Below, in pieces: positions 49,545 to 61,129 of a DNA stretch of 64,000 nucleotides. How positions within the stretch are numbered: the first letter of the stretch is position 1; every line of letters starts with the position of its first letter. Origin of the DNA: Mustelus asterias (taxonomy: Eukaryota); NCBI RefSeq assembly GCF_964213995.1, contig NW_027590172.1, positions 744,001 to 808,000 of the forward strand, read 5' to 3'. The notes beneath the pieces were generated by a model, which saw nothing but the letters and a program-made list of their open reading frames with translations, made no database searches and was not told where the DNA came from. The translations under genes and the position numbers were made by a program.

Positions 49545-49853
49545 GTCACAGAATCCTACAGTGCAGAAGGAGGCCATTTGGCCCATCGAGTCTGCACCAA
49601 CCAGAATCCCACCCAGGCCCTATCCCCATTTACCCTAGCTAGTCCGCCTGACACTAAGGGGCAATTTAGCATGTCTGATCCACTTAACCGGCACATCTTT
49701 GGATTGTGGGAGAAAACCTGAGCACCCGGAGGAAACCCACGCAGACACGGGGAGAATGTGCAAACTCCACACAGACAGTGACCCAAGCTGGGAATCGAAC
49801 TCAGGTCCCTGGCGCTGTGAGGCAGCAGTGCTAACCACTGTGCCGCCCGTGCT
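49545..49853 (-). mobile_element. HE1-type SINE
   Basis: Family motifs. Confidence 0.85.
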
Positions 49854-50644
49854 GTCAGTTAGAAAGCAACCTTTGAACCCTATGGACTTCCGTAAGTGAA
49901 TGTTGCAAAGTAACAGTGGGCAGGAACTTTCAGATTCTACAGACCAGTGAATTCCCATTCTTCCAGAAGATAGGATGTTATTGGCCAAGGTAAATATTGT
50001 GCACGAACATGATTGGAGCATCCAGTTAGGGTGACAGAGTGGGCGGGTGAAATGAACTTTCAAAATAGTATAACTACACGGCCAATGTATTGTAACTTTA
50101 GAACGGAATTGGACTGCTCAGCTGCCTTTCTCAATAAGTAATGCCTTTAACCAGTATACTGTCTTTTGCAAATCTTTGTATTAACTGGGTTCAGCTCAAT
50201 ACTTAGCCTCCGAGAAAAACCCCCATCATATGTGAGGTGAAGTAATTGTGTGCCAAGTTTTTTCTGCTCACTCCCGACCCCTTTAGGTTCTGTAGAAAAG
50301 TTAACCCTTTCAGCAGACAGTTCATTTCTTTATAAATCACCTGGAAACTCATGTGTCTATTTTAGTTTTTGATTGAGGATTTATGGGAACCAGTTAAATG
50401 TGTAAATTTTAAGCGGAGCCTGGAGGAATTTGGAATAACTGTGAGGATTTTATCGTGTTATCACCTCAACCCCAGATAAAGAACAAAGATTTTGCAGCTG
50501 GCAACATGTTTGGGATTTTAAATCAACAAAGATTAGATGTTTCCTATAAAATCAGGCCTTGGAAGTTGGCTAAAAAAAGTTTAAGTTATAATGAAGGGGA
50601 ATGAAGGATCTTGTGTCTTATTTTAATCAAGGAGTTGTAAGCTT

Positions 50645-51570
50645 AGACCATAAGACATCGGAGCAGAAATAGGCCACCAGACCCATCGAGTCTTCTCCGC
50701 TATTCAATCATGGCTGATATTTTTCTCATCCCCATTCTCCTGCCTTTTCCCCATAACCCCTGATCCCCTTATTAATCAAGAACCTATCTATCTCTGTCTT
50801 ACAGACACTCAATGAACTGACCTTCACAGCCTTCTGCGGCAAAGAGTTCCAAAGATTCACCACTCTCTGACTGAAGAAACTCCTCCTCATCTCTGTTTTA
50901 AAGGATCATCCCTTTAGCCTGAGGTTGTGCCCTCTAGTTCTAGTTTTTTCCTACTAAGTTTCAATAAGATCTCCCCTCATCCTTCTAAACTCCAATGAGT
51001 GCAGGCCCGGAGTCCTCAACCATTCTTCATACGACAACAAGCTCTTCATTCCAGAGATCATTCTTGTGAAGCTCCTCCAGATCCTTTCCAAGACCAGCAT
51101 ATCCTTCCTTAGATGTGGGGCTCAAAACTGCTCACAATACTCCAAATGGGGTCTGACCAGAGCCTTATACAGTCTCAGAAGTACATTGCTGCTCTTGTAT
51201 TCTAACCGTCTTGACATGAATGCTAACATTGCATCTGCCTTCCGAACTGCCAACTAAACCTGCACGTTAACTTTAAGAGAATCTTGAACAATGACTCCCA
51301 AGTGCCTTTGTGCTTCTGATTTCCGAAGCATTTCCCTATTTAGAAAATAGTCTATGCCTCCATTCCTCCTCCCCAAGTGCATAATCTCACACTTTTCCAC
51401 ATTGTATTCCAGCTGCCACTTTGCCCACTCTCCGAGCCCATCAAAGTCCTTCTGCAGCCCCCCTGCTCCCTCAATACTACCTGTCCCTCTACATATCTTT
51501 GTATCATCTGCAAACTTAGCAACAGTGCCTTCAGTTCCATCTTCCAAATCATTAACGTATATTGTGAAAC
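50645..51570 (-). mobile_element. CR1 LINE fragment
   Basis: KFADDTKI...YNVEKCEIMHLG. Confidence 0.88.
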
Positions 51571-52164
51571 GTTTGTGGTGCTCTGTCGCTTTACGAAGCT
51601 ATAGCTGCGAGAGAGAATGCTGAGGATTCATTGTTTGAAATTTACGAGCTGTGAGAACCTGTGTGTTTTGTTTGTTTTATGTGGATATTTGCAGATGTGT
51701 TTTATCATTGTTTTGGGCTACATTTGTTAAGGTTTATCTTTCTGGGGAATTAACCTTATCTTGAGTCTTTAATTAAAGGCATTTCTGGAAGTTTAGAAAC
51801 AGAACCACAAGAACGCTTAAGGAATTAATTTCAGTTATTGTTGTAAAGCACATGCTATGTTTCTCTGTTTGTGTGTGGATGATATTTGTTGAACGCTTCA
51901 AGCTTTCAGGTTTTCTGTCTGTGATTTAAATCAAACAGATTTAAATAAAGGACGTGTAATTAATAAAGCTTTTTTCACAAAAGTTGTGAACCTGGAGCCA
52001 CATTTACTGGCCGGAGACATGATTCCAGGAAACTTTGCTAAACTTGTGGGAATTTTAATCCGGATTCAAACTCACACATGTGAGTATGAGAGAGTTTTAA
52101 TTGTAACGGTTATTTAAAATTTGGGACATGTGAAATAATTCTGACCATTCCTGTGTTCATTGAA

Positions 52165-52515
52165 TCATAGAATACCTCCAGTGCAGAAGGGACCATTCAG
52201 ACCATCCAGTCTGCACCATCTCTCTAACAGAGCACCTTACCCAGGCCCTCTCCCCTGCCCTATCCCTGTAATCTCACACAGTTACCATGGCTAACCTATC
52301 TAACCCACACAGCTTGGGATACTAAGAGGGAATTCAATATTGCAAATCCACTGAACCTGGGCATCTTTGGTCTGTGGGAGGAAACTGGAGCACCCGGAGG
52401 AAGCTCACGCAGACACAGGGAGAACATGCAAACTCCACACAGACACTCACCCAAGGCTGGAATTAAATGCCTGGCGCTTTGAGGCGGCAGTGCTAACCAC
52501 TGTGCCACCATGTCA
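52165..52515 (-). mobile_element. HE1-type SINE
   Basis: Family motifs. Confidence 0.8.
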
Positions 52516-54358
52516 CCCGATAGTTGAGGCCAAAACATTGTCTGATTTCAAGAAGACATGAGATATAGCTCTTGGGGCTACAGGGATCAAGGGATATGGG
52601 AGGCGGGGGGGGGGGGGGAATCAGGAAATTGAATTCGATGATCAGCCATGATCAAGATGAATGGTGGAGCAGGCTCGAAGGGCCGAATGGCCGACTCCTG
52701 CTTCTAGTTTCTATGTTTCTCTCCACTGGGCCAGCATTCCATCCAGTGGCACAGTGGTTCGCACTGCTGCCTCAAAAAAGCAAATACAGCAATGGCTTTG
52801 GCATCTGCTACAATGTGACTGACAGTTTGACAACAGAGTCAAGGGCATCAGGAGCAAAAGATACCCTGGGAGGTGGAGAAGAATGTGACGGAGATTTCGA
52901 GCGGGTCCTTGATCGGTTTTCTAAAGAGATTCAGAAAGGAAATAGTTGGAAAAAGTCCAGAATAAATTAATTTACAGTTACATTGGAAACCTGTTGCCTC
53001 ACAGCTGAGTACAAAATATAAAGAGTTGAGGGAACTGGTGGATAAGCTGCAGAATGGAGCTGATTGCTGGCAGGAGAGCACGTCTGACCTGGACAATCAG
53101 TTACATTGGGAACAGGGGGCAGATGATAGGGTGAGTGGAGCTCAGAAAAATCTACTGCTGTTCGGCCAAACTCTGGAACAAGATATTGATTTACAGTCAG
53201 AAAATATCAGATCAAGTGAAGAGTTAGAAAATGCCATGGGGACTTTGAGGAAGTTAACTCAGCCACAAAGAGACACCTCCCTGAGACAGAACACTCCCTG
53301 TGTTTAGCTAACATCAAACAACCTGAGACACAAATCAGTCACCAGTGAGAAGATGTCGTTGTTTTCTCCAAAAAAAAGAATCACTGAAAGCACTCCTCCC
53401 TCTCCTCTGCCTCTCCTGTCTGATAAGGGAATGCAGGTGTGTGAGGTTAGCCATGACCTTTGCACCGTCATGATCCACAACGCTTACTCCAAGTTGGTTT
53501 GCCCAGTTGAAGGAATACTGTACATTTGAGTCATAGTTGTTGAAGCAGGGTGTTGTTTGAAAGCATCATCGATTCGAAGAATTAGTTTGGAAAGGGAATA
53601 AAAATTAATTTAATTTGAACTGCCGTGTGTTTCTGTTTGAAATAAATTCAGACTGCACTAAAATGTGAAAGGAATGTATTTGGGTTTGAAATTAAGTTGT
53701 TCAAGGTTAGAATTGTGAAGGCCAATTTGCTCCCAAAACACAAAGATAAGGCTGCAGTTTGGCAGCAAACCAGTTCCAACTTTTCAAAACATCGGAGTTA
53801 AAATTGTTGAGATTCGGTTAACACATTTCACAAAGTATTTCTTTCAACTTTGATTAAGTGGAAAATATTGAAAATTGAAATTGGTGTTCAAAAAAGGATA
53901 GATAAAAGAGATGAAGTTTGAACAAAATTGAAGAAAATAACATGAGAGAAGTTTTTTAAATTATGTAAGTTGATGCAATTGCCAAGTTTCCTCTGCCCAC
54001 TCCCCGCCTCTCTCGGTTCCACAGAGAAGTTAACCCTTTCAGCAGACAGCTGATTTTTATAAATCTCCACACAGCCTTTGTTTTTTAATGTAACCTGTGA
54101 TTGGACATATTAACTCACTGGGATCTTGGCCAGAGCCAGATGGATTGTTTGTGTTTTTTAAAGAGGTGATGATGTTTTCCAGCTCTGAGTGAAGTCAACA
54201 GTTTTGAGAATTAAAGCAGAGAATAAAAGACTTTACTTTTCAGAAAACCACCAAGCCTGCTTAGGATATTGTTGCTATTTCAAGCATTGAAAATGGAAAT
54301 CACCTGTTGTTTAAGGGAAAGAACAAAGTTGATAATGCCTGGAATCAAACACAGATTT

Positions 54359-55180
54359 GGGGCGGCACGGTGGCACAATGGTTCGCACTGCTGCCTCACA
54401 GTGCCAGGGACCTGGTTCGATTCCTGACTTGGGTCACTGTCTGGGCGGAGTCTGCACGTTCTCCCTGTGTCTGCGTGGATTTCCTCCGGGTGCTCCAGTT
54501 TCCTCTCAGAGTCGAAAAGACGTGCTGGTTAGGTGCATTGGCCATGCTAAATTCTCCCGCAATGTGCCAGAGTAGGCGCCGGAGAATGGCGACTGAGTGA
54601 TTTTCGCAGTAACTTCATTGCAGTGTGAATGTAAGCCGACTTGTGACGAATGAATAAACTTTGACTTCAAATATTCTTAAAGTTTTTAAGGTTTATTTAT
54701 TAGTGTCATAACTAGACTTACATTAACACTGCAATGAAGTTACTGTGAAATGTTTGGTTTCTTTTTAAAGATACTATGAGTATATTTCATGTTTTAAAAG
54801 ATTCTCCAGAACTCCGGAAAGTGTAGTTTAAAGGAATGCATACATTCGGGTACGGAACATTCTGGTAAAGGGGAAGTATAGACGAGGTAAATGAGGTGAC
54901 AGCTTTTTCTTGGAGATATTTAAAGTTTATTTATCAGTGTCACAAATAAGGCTCACTGCAATGACGTCACTGTGAAATTCCCCGAGTCACTACATTCTGG
55001 CGCCTGTTTAGGACAATGCTCCTAACCAGCACGTCTTTCAGTCTTTGGGGGGAAACCGGAGGAAACCCACGCAGACAAGGGGAGAATGTGCAAACTCCAC
55101 ACAGACAGTGACCCAAGCCGGGAATCAAACCCAGATCCCTGGTGCTGTGAGGCAGCAGTGCGAGCCACCGTGCCACCCCT
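54359..55180. mobile_element. Alternative-tail V-SINEs: 54359-54662(+), tail 54690-54750(-), 54925-55180(-)
   Basis: Family motifs. Confidence 0.8.
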
Positions 55181-55699
55181 TGTTTGTTTCTTTGTCCATG
55201 AACTATTTGAGAGAACTGAATTTTATAATCTGGCCACCATCTGAGACATTGGGATTGTACAGGGGGAAATAAGCAAATATGTTGAGATGGAAAACCCCTT
55301 TGACTCCGGCTTTTGACTTTCTTTTGAAGTTTCCAGCAGAATTATTGGATGGTGCATCCTTTGAAAGAGAGTGGAATTCAGGATGATGATTGGGAAAATA
55401 CCCAGCACCATCGCTATAGACCTGATAAACCTTTCACAAATACACAACAAGGATTTGTGGGAGAGGACAGAGAGATAACAACAAGCAAGACAAAGTACAT
55501 GTCTGGTTAATAACAACAACATGAGAGACAACATTTAACATGGAGGGAAATGTGTGAAGATGGCTTATGAATGTGAGACTCCAACAGAGAATTAAAGGAG
55601 GAATTGGAAGACTGATGTGAGATTGCAGAATTGGTTTGTAAGTTGTGAATGAACTAACATCCGAGAGTGCACAGTGCAGCTGTATTGAAGAATGAAGTG

Positions 55700-56022
55700 T
55701 GGGACGGTGGCACAATGGTTAGCAGTGCTTCGTCACAGCACCAAGGACCCGGGTTCAATTCTGGCCTCGGGTGACTGTCTGTGTGGAGTTTGCACAATCT
55801 CTCCGTATCTGCGTGGGTTTCCTCCAGGTGCTCCGGTTTCCTCCCACACTCCAAAGATATGCAGGTTCGGTTGATTGGCCATCGTAAATTGCTTCTTAGT
55901 GTCAGGCGGACTAGCAGGGTAAATAAATGGGGTTTTGGGGATAGAGCCTGGATGGGATTGTGGTCGGTGCAGACACGATGGGCCAAATGGCCTCCTTCTG
56001 CACTGTAATGATTCTATGATTC
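55700..56022 (+). mobile_element. HE1-type SINE
   Basis: Family motifs. Confidence 0.85.
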
Positions 56023-56974
56023 AAATGGGACTTTCTCAGCTGCTTGACTAACAGCGTGACATGAAATGGTTAATATGACCTGAAGAGTAAGTCATCATTT
56101 TGAAATGATCAAGGCACTGACACAGACTCCAGAGAAACTGACTGGAAGAACAAATTAAAGTCAATGGAATTTTGGACTGGGACAAATAAAGGCGAGGGAG
56201 AAATAATACTGAATAAGAATTATTACAAGATGGAGCAGGTTAAGGGACAGCTTGAGAATCTTTTTGAATCTATGCAATTTATACAGCAATTATTTGTTAT
56301 CACTGCTTTTATATCCAATTATACCGCTTCAATTATATCTAAAAACTAGTTGTGGGAAGGAGATTGTAAAGGGAATGGAAGTTGGCTACCTTGGGCTAAG
56401 CCAATGAGGAAAAGGGGGGAAATGCCAGAGTGAATGAATAGATTTAGTAAAAGGGGTGATAGATGTAACACTCCTGCATTAGAGTAAAATCACATGTTCA
56501 TCAAATGCTCCACATCAAGGTTCTAATATCAGCAAGGTTGTTTACTTGTTTGAGGAACAAACAGTTTCTAGAATACAGACAAGTCTTTGGGTGAAGTTTT
56601 AATAGTAACCTACATCGGCAAGATAGGAATTTTTGAACAATGTTCTGTGCTCTGACTAACAGTATAACATTTATGCCTGTATTGTAGCTGAGAGCTGTGT
56701 CAGAATGCTCAGTGGGATTTGTGAGTGATCTTGGGCTTTGCAGGTTGGACTCTAGTTGTGGAGGTACTGAGTGCCCCTGGGGCAGAATTTTGGGAAATCG
56801 CCTTTGGTTCAGGACCCCGAGGAAGATTCACATTTCCACTTGGGGTGGTCACCCAATGGAGTTAGTGAAAGTCATCAGTGTTATTCATAATTTTACCTTT
56901 CTAAAAATAAACTTTGAAATGGGAATGGGAAAACGGGCTGTAGTCCAGAAGCCAGTGTTGAGTGTTGTGAGGTA

Positions 56975-57725
56975 CTGAGGAGGGTATCAAGGTCGCAGGA
57001 GTGTACCGGCAGACAGGAAGGTGGGTTGAAGTGTGTCTACTTCAATGCAAGGAGCATCCGGAATAAGGCAGGTGAACTTGGAGTGTGGATTGGTACTTGG
57101 GACTACGATGTTGTGGCCATTACGGAGACATGGTTAGAACAGGGACAGGAATGGTTGTTGGACGTTCCAGGGTATAGATGTTTCAGTAAGAGTAGGGAAG
57201 GTGGTAAAAGAGGTGGAGGAGTAGCATTGTTAATCAAGGATAGTTTAACAGCTGCTGCAAGGCAGTTCGAGGGGAATCTGTCTACTGAGGTAATATGGGC
57301 TGAAGTTAGAAATAGGAAAGGAGCGGTCACGTTGTTAGGAGTTTTCTATAGGCCCCCAAATAGTAATAGAGATGTGGAGGAAGAAATTGCAAAGCAGATT
57401 ATGGATAGGTGTGGAGGTCACAAGGTAGTTGTCATGGGTGACTTTAACTTTCCAAATATTGATTGGAACCTTTATAGGTCAAATAGTTCGGATGGGGCAG
57501 TTTTTGTACAGTGTGTGCAGGAGGGTTTCCTGACACAATATGTGGATAGGCCGACAAGAGGTGGGGCCACATTGGACTTGGCCCGTTTCATTACCCAGTA
57601 CCAAGTGTTCGGTTTGTTGTGGGAGAGCACTTTGGAGATAGTGACCACAATTCGGTGTCTTTCATTATTGCAATAGAGAGGGATAGGGCCATACGGCAGG
57701 GCAAAGTTTACAATTGGGGGAGGTG
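56975..57725 (+). mobile_element. CR1 ORF2 APE endonuclease fragment
   Basis: YFNARSIRNK, VAITETWL, GGGVAL, FYRPP and MGDFNFPNIDW motifs. Confidence 0.92.
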
Positions 57726-58107
57726 GAATTATGATGGGATTATTTTGATGCAGCGAATGGTAATGACCTGGAACTCGCTGCCTACGAGGGTGGAGGAAGT
57801 GGAGACAATAAACAATTACAAAGGAAATTGGATGGGCATTTGGGGCATTTCAAAAATAAATGCTGACTAAATATCTCTGAACTTCCTAACATCCTGTCAC
57901 TCTGTGATCCTTGTGAAATTTGAAATCAGGTATTTGCAACAAGACTCAAAGAGCATCAGCCCACTGGAGGCAAAGTTGTGAGACCGACCAGTCCAGCAGA
58001 AAGAAACCCTCCGACCCTCCCCATTGACCAACTGTGAGAATGAACAAAATGCAGTCCTGGATGTAATTGAGAGCAGAAACAACAACAGCAGACTCTCATT
58101 CCCATAT

Positions 58108-58586
58108 TCACTTGTGAACTCGCTGGTGTCTCAGCAGGGTGGATGAATTACAATGTCCCTTCCTACACTGAGAACAGGTGAATGGTCTCTCCCCGGTGTG
58201 AACTCGCTGGTGTCTCAGCAGATGAGATAACTGAGTGAATCTTTTCCCACATGCAGAGCAGTTGAATGGCCTCTCTCCTGTGTGAACTCGCTGGTGTTTC
58301 TGTAGGTTGAATGACTTACTGAATCCCTTCCCACATTGAAAGCAGCTGTATGGTCTCTCCCCAGTGTGAACTCGCTGGTGTGTCTGCAGGCTTCATATCT
58401 GAGTAAATCCCTTCCCACACTGACAGCAGGTGAATGCACTCTCACCAGTGTGAACTTGCTGGTGTCTCTGCAGAGTGGATGAATCAGTGAATCCCTTCCC
58501 ACAGACCCAGCAGGTGAACGGCCTCTCCCCAGTGTGGCTGTGCCGATGAGCTTCCAGTGGAGAGGGCACTTTGTATCTCTTCCCAG
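58108..58586 (-). pseudogene. C2H2 ZNF pseudogene, paralog of the 46.5-kb gene
   Basis: Five full finger units plus a partial first one; in-frame TGA at 58395-58393; first finger cut by an LTR-like end at ~58589; 3' flank 58000-58090 is the reverse complement of 47140-47226. Confidence 0.8.
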
Positions 58587-58588
58587 TG

Positions 58589-59622
58589 TGTTGTGCCTGA
58601 TTCAATCGACCATCAGTTTATTGAGTTCCGCCAGCGGAGAGAAGCCACAGGGGCTGACCATGTGCAACTCCACCCAACAAAGAATATCATCAATTCTTAT
58701 CCAGTTACTCAGCCCATCCCGGCTGGACACAATCCAATCAGAATGGTGATAGATTACATACATTATAGGTTCAATAAAATTAGTATCTGGGCATTATGGG
58801 GCTTTGTGAGCATCTCATGGACAGGTGCCCCCATCATGATGCTTTCCAGACCCCCCTTGGGGGGGTCTTTCTTGGGCTTTCTTTGTCCATAGACTCCCTT
58901 AGTTCGAAATGGGGTGGATTAAAAGTTCTCAAATGGACGTCAGCACTCTTCCTTTGTTTTAATCTAATGACCACATGATCTGGGAACATTTCTATTTAAT
59001 AATCTCTCTTTTTAAACTCTTTTCTTCAGTATCCAATTCCAGAATTTTCCTTTCCTTTGTGTGACTTGCGTCAGGAATAAATCTTTGGACCTGACAGGAA
59101 GTTTAACCCAAGATCAATCCAACACAGGATTGGTCAGAATCATTTCACATGTGTCAAATTTTAAAGAACCATTACAAATTAAAACTCTCATTCTCACATG
59201 GGTGAATTGTATCCGGATTAAAATTCCCACATGTTTAGTAAAATATCCTGGAATCCTGTCTCTGGCCAGTAAATATGGCTCCAGGTTCATAACTTCTGAA
59301 CAAAAAAAGTTTTATTGATCACACTTCCTTTTTTAAAAATCTGTTTGATTTAAATCACAGACAGAAAACCTCAAAGCTTGAAGCATTCAACCTACAAATA
59401 TCATCCATACACAAACAGAGAAACTTAGCATATGCTTTACAACAACAATGACCAAAATTAATTACTTAAGCGTTCTTGTGATCCTGTTTTTAAACTTCCA
59501 AAAATGCCTTTAATTAAAGACTCAAGATAAGGTTAATTCTCCAGAAAGATAAACCTTAACAAATGTAGCCCAAAACAATGATAAAACACATCTACAAACA
59601 TCCACAAAAAACAAATGAAACA
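58589..59622 (-). mobile_element. Probable LTR-retroelement remnant whose 3' end interrupts the ZNF pseudogene
   Basis: On the minus strand ...CTCAATAAACTGATGGTCGATTGAATCAGGCACAACA| joins directly to finger-coding sequence; no pol motifs seen. Confidence 0.45.
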
Positions 59623-59624
59623 CA

Positions 59625-60997
59625 CAGGTGGAAAAAGTGGTGAAGGCATATGGCATGCTTGCTTTTATTGGATGGGGCATAGAGTATAAAAGTTGGCACA
59701 TGATGTTGCAGTTATATCGAACGTTGGTTAGGCCGCATTTGGAATACTGCGTCCAGTTCTGGTCACCACACTCCCAGAAGGACGTGGAGGCTTTGGAGAG
59801 AGTACAGAAAAAGTTTACCAGGATGTTGCCTGGTATGGAGGGTATGAGCTAGGAGGAGAGATTGAGTAAACTAGGGTTGTTCTCTCTGGAAAGAGGTTGA
59901 GGGGGCAACCTAATAGAAGTTTATAACATTACGAAGGGCATAGATAGGGTGAACAGTTGGAAGCTTTTTCCCAGGTCAGAAATGACAAACACAAGGGGTC
60001 ACAAGTTCAAGGTAAGGGGGGCAAGGTTCAATACAGATATGCGGGGGACGTATTTTACACAGAGGGTGGTGGGGGCCTGGAATGCACTACCAAGCAAGGT
60101 GGTTGAGGCAGACAGGCTAGGATCATTTAAGACTTATCTAGATAACCACATGAACAGACTGGGAATAGAGGGATACAAACGGATGGTATGTTAGGAATAC
60201 ATGATCAGTGCAGGCTTGGAGGGCCGAAGGGCCTGTTCCTGTGCTGTTTTGTTCTTTGTACATATTCCAGACTTTCACTCGACTGTCGGTGGATATCAGA
60301 TTGGTATATTCCATTATAGGGTCTGTTCTGTGCTGTACTGTTCTATGTTCTATAACATCTTTGTTGATTTAAAACCCCAAACACGTTACACCCAAACACC
60401 GGCAAAATCTTTGTTCTTTATCTGGGGATAAAATTCTCAGTTATTCCAAATTCCTCCAGGCTATGCTTAATATTTCCACATTTAACTTATTCCCAGAAAT
60501 CCTCAATTATAAACTAAAATAGACACATGAGTTTCCAGGCAGTCTCAGGAATATGGTCAAGATAGTCCAGTCCCACAATGCCTCACATTCAATCTGCAGT
60601 CCTTCTCCCTGGAGAGACGAAGGATGAGAGGTGACCTGATAGAGGTTTACAAGATGTTGAGGGGTCTGGATAGGGTGGACTCTCAGAGGCTATTTCCAAG
60701 GGCTGAAATGGTTGCTACGAGAGGACACAGGTTTAAGGTGCTGGGGGGTAGGTACAGGGGGGATGTCAGGGGTAAGTTTTTCACTCAGAGGGTGGTGGGT
60801 GAGTGGAATCGGCTGACGTCGGTGGTGGTGGAGGCAAACTCGTTGGGGTCTTTTAAGAGACTTCTGGATGAGTACATGGGATTTAATGGGATTGAGGGCT
60901 ATAGATAGGCCTAGAGGTGGGAATGTGATCGGCGCAACTTGTGGGCCGAAGGGCCTGTTTGTGCTGTGGCTTTCTATGTTCTATGTTCTATGTTCTA
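59625..60997 (+). mobile_element. Two CR1 3' fragments (59625-60260, 60605-60997)
   Basis: ORFs 59628.., 59949.. and 60624.. carry CR1 motifs. Confidence 0.88.
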
Positions 60998-61129
60998 TTA
61001 TAACAGAATATGTGGCTGTATGTAGCTGCCTTGGCCATGGTCAACCCCAACCCCAAGGGTGCCTTCTTGAACTGCTGCAATGCCTGAGGTGTACGTACAC
61101 CCACAGTGCTGTTAGGAAGGGACTTCCAT

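Noticed and set aside
925-56008. Recurring short ORFs such as [13 protein letters not shown]...GVCTFSPCLRGFPP
   Set aside because: These are translations of SINE copies, not a protein family.
927-56022. tRNA genes at the A/B-box motifs (TGGTTAGC...GGTTCGATTCC)
   Set aside because: Each continues into the V-SINE body; these are SINE heads, not cloverleaf tRNAs.
13222-58502. Alternative-frame ORFs over ZNF exons ([11 protein letters not shown].., WGETVHLL..)
   Set aside because: Typical shadow frames of C2H2 repeats; no independent evidence.
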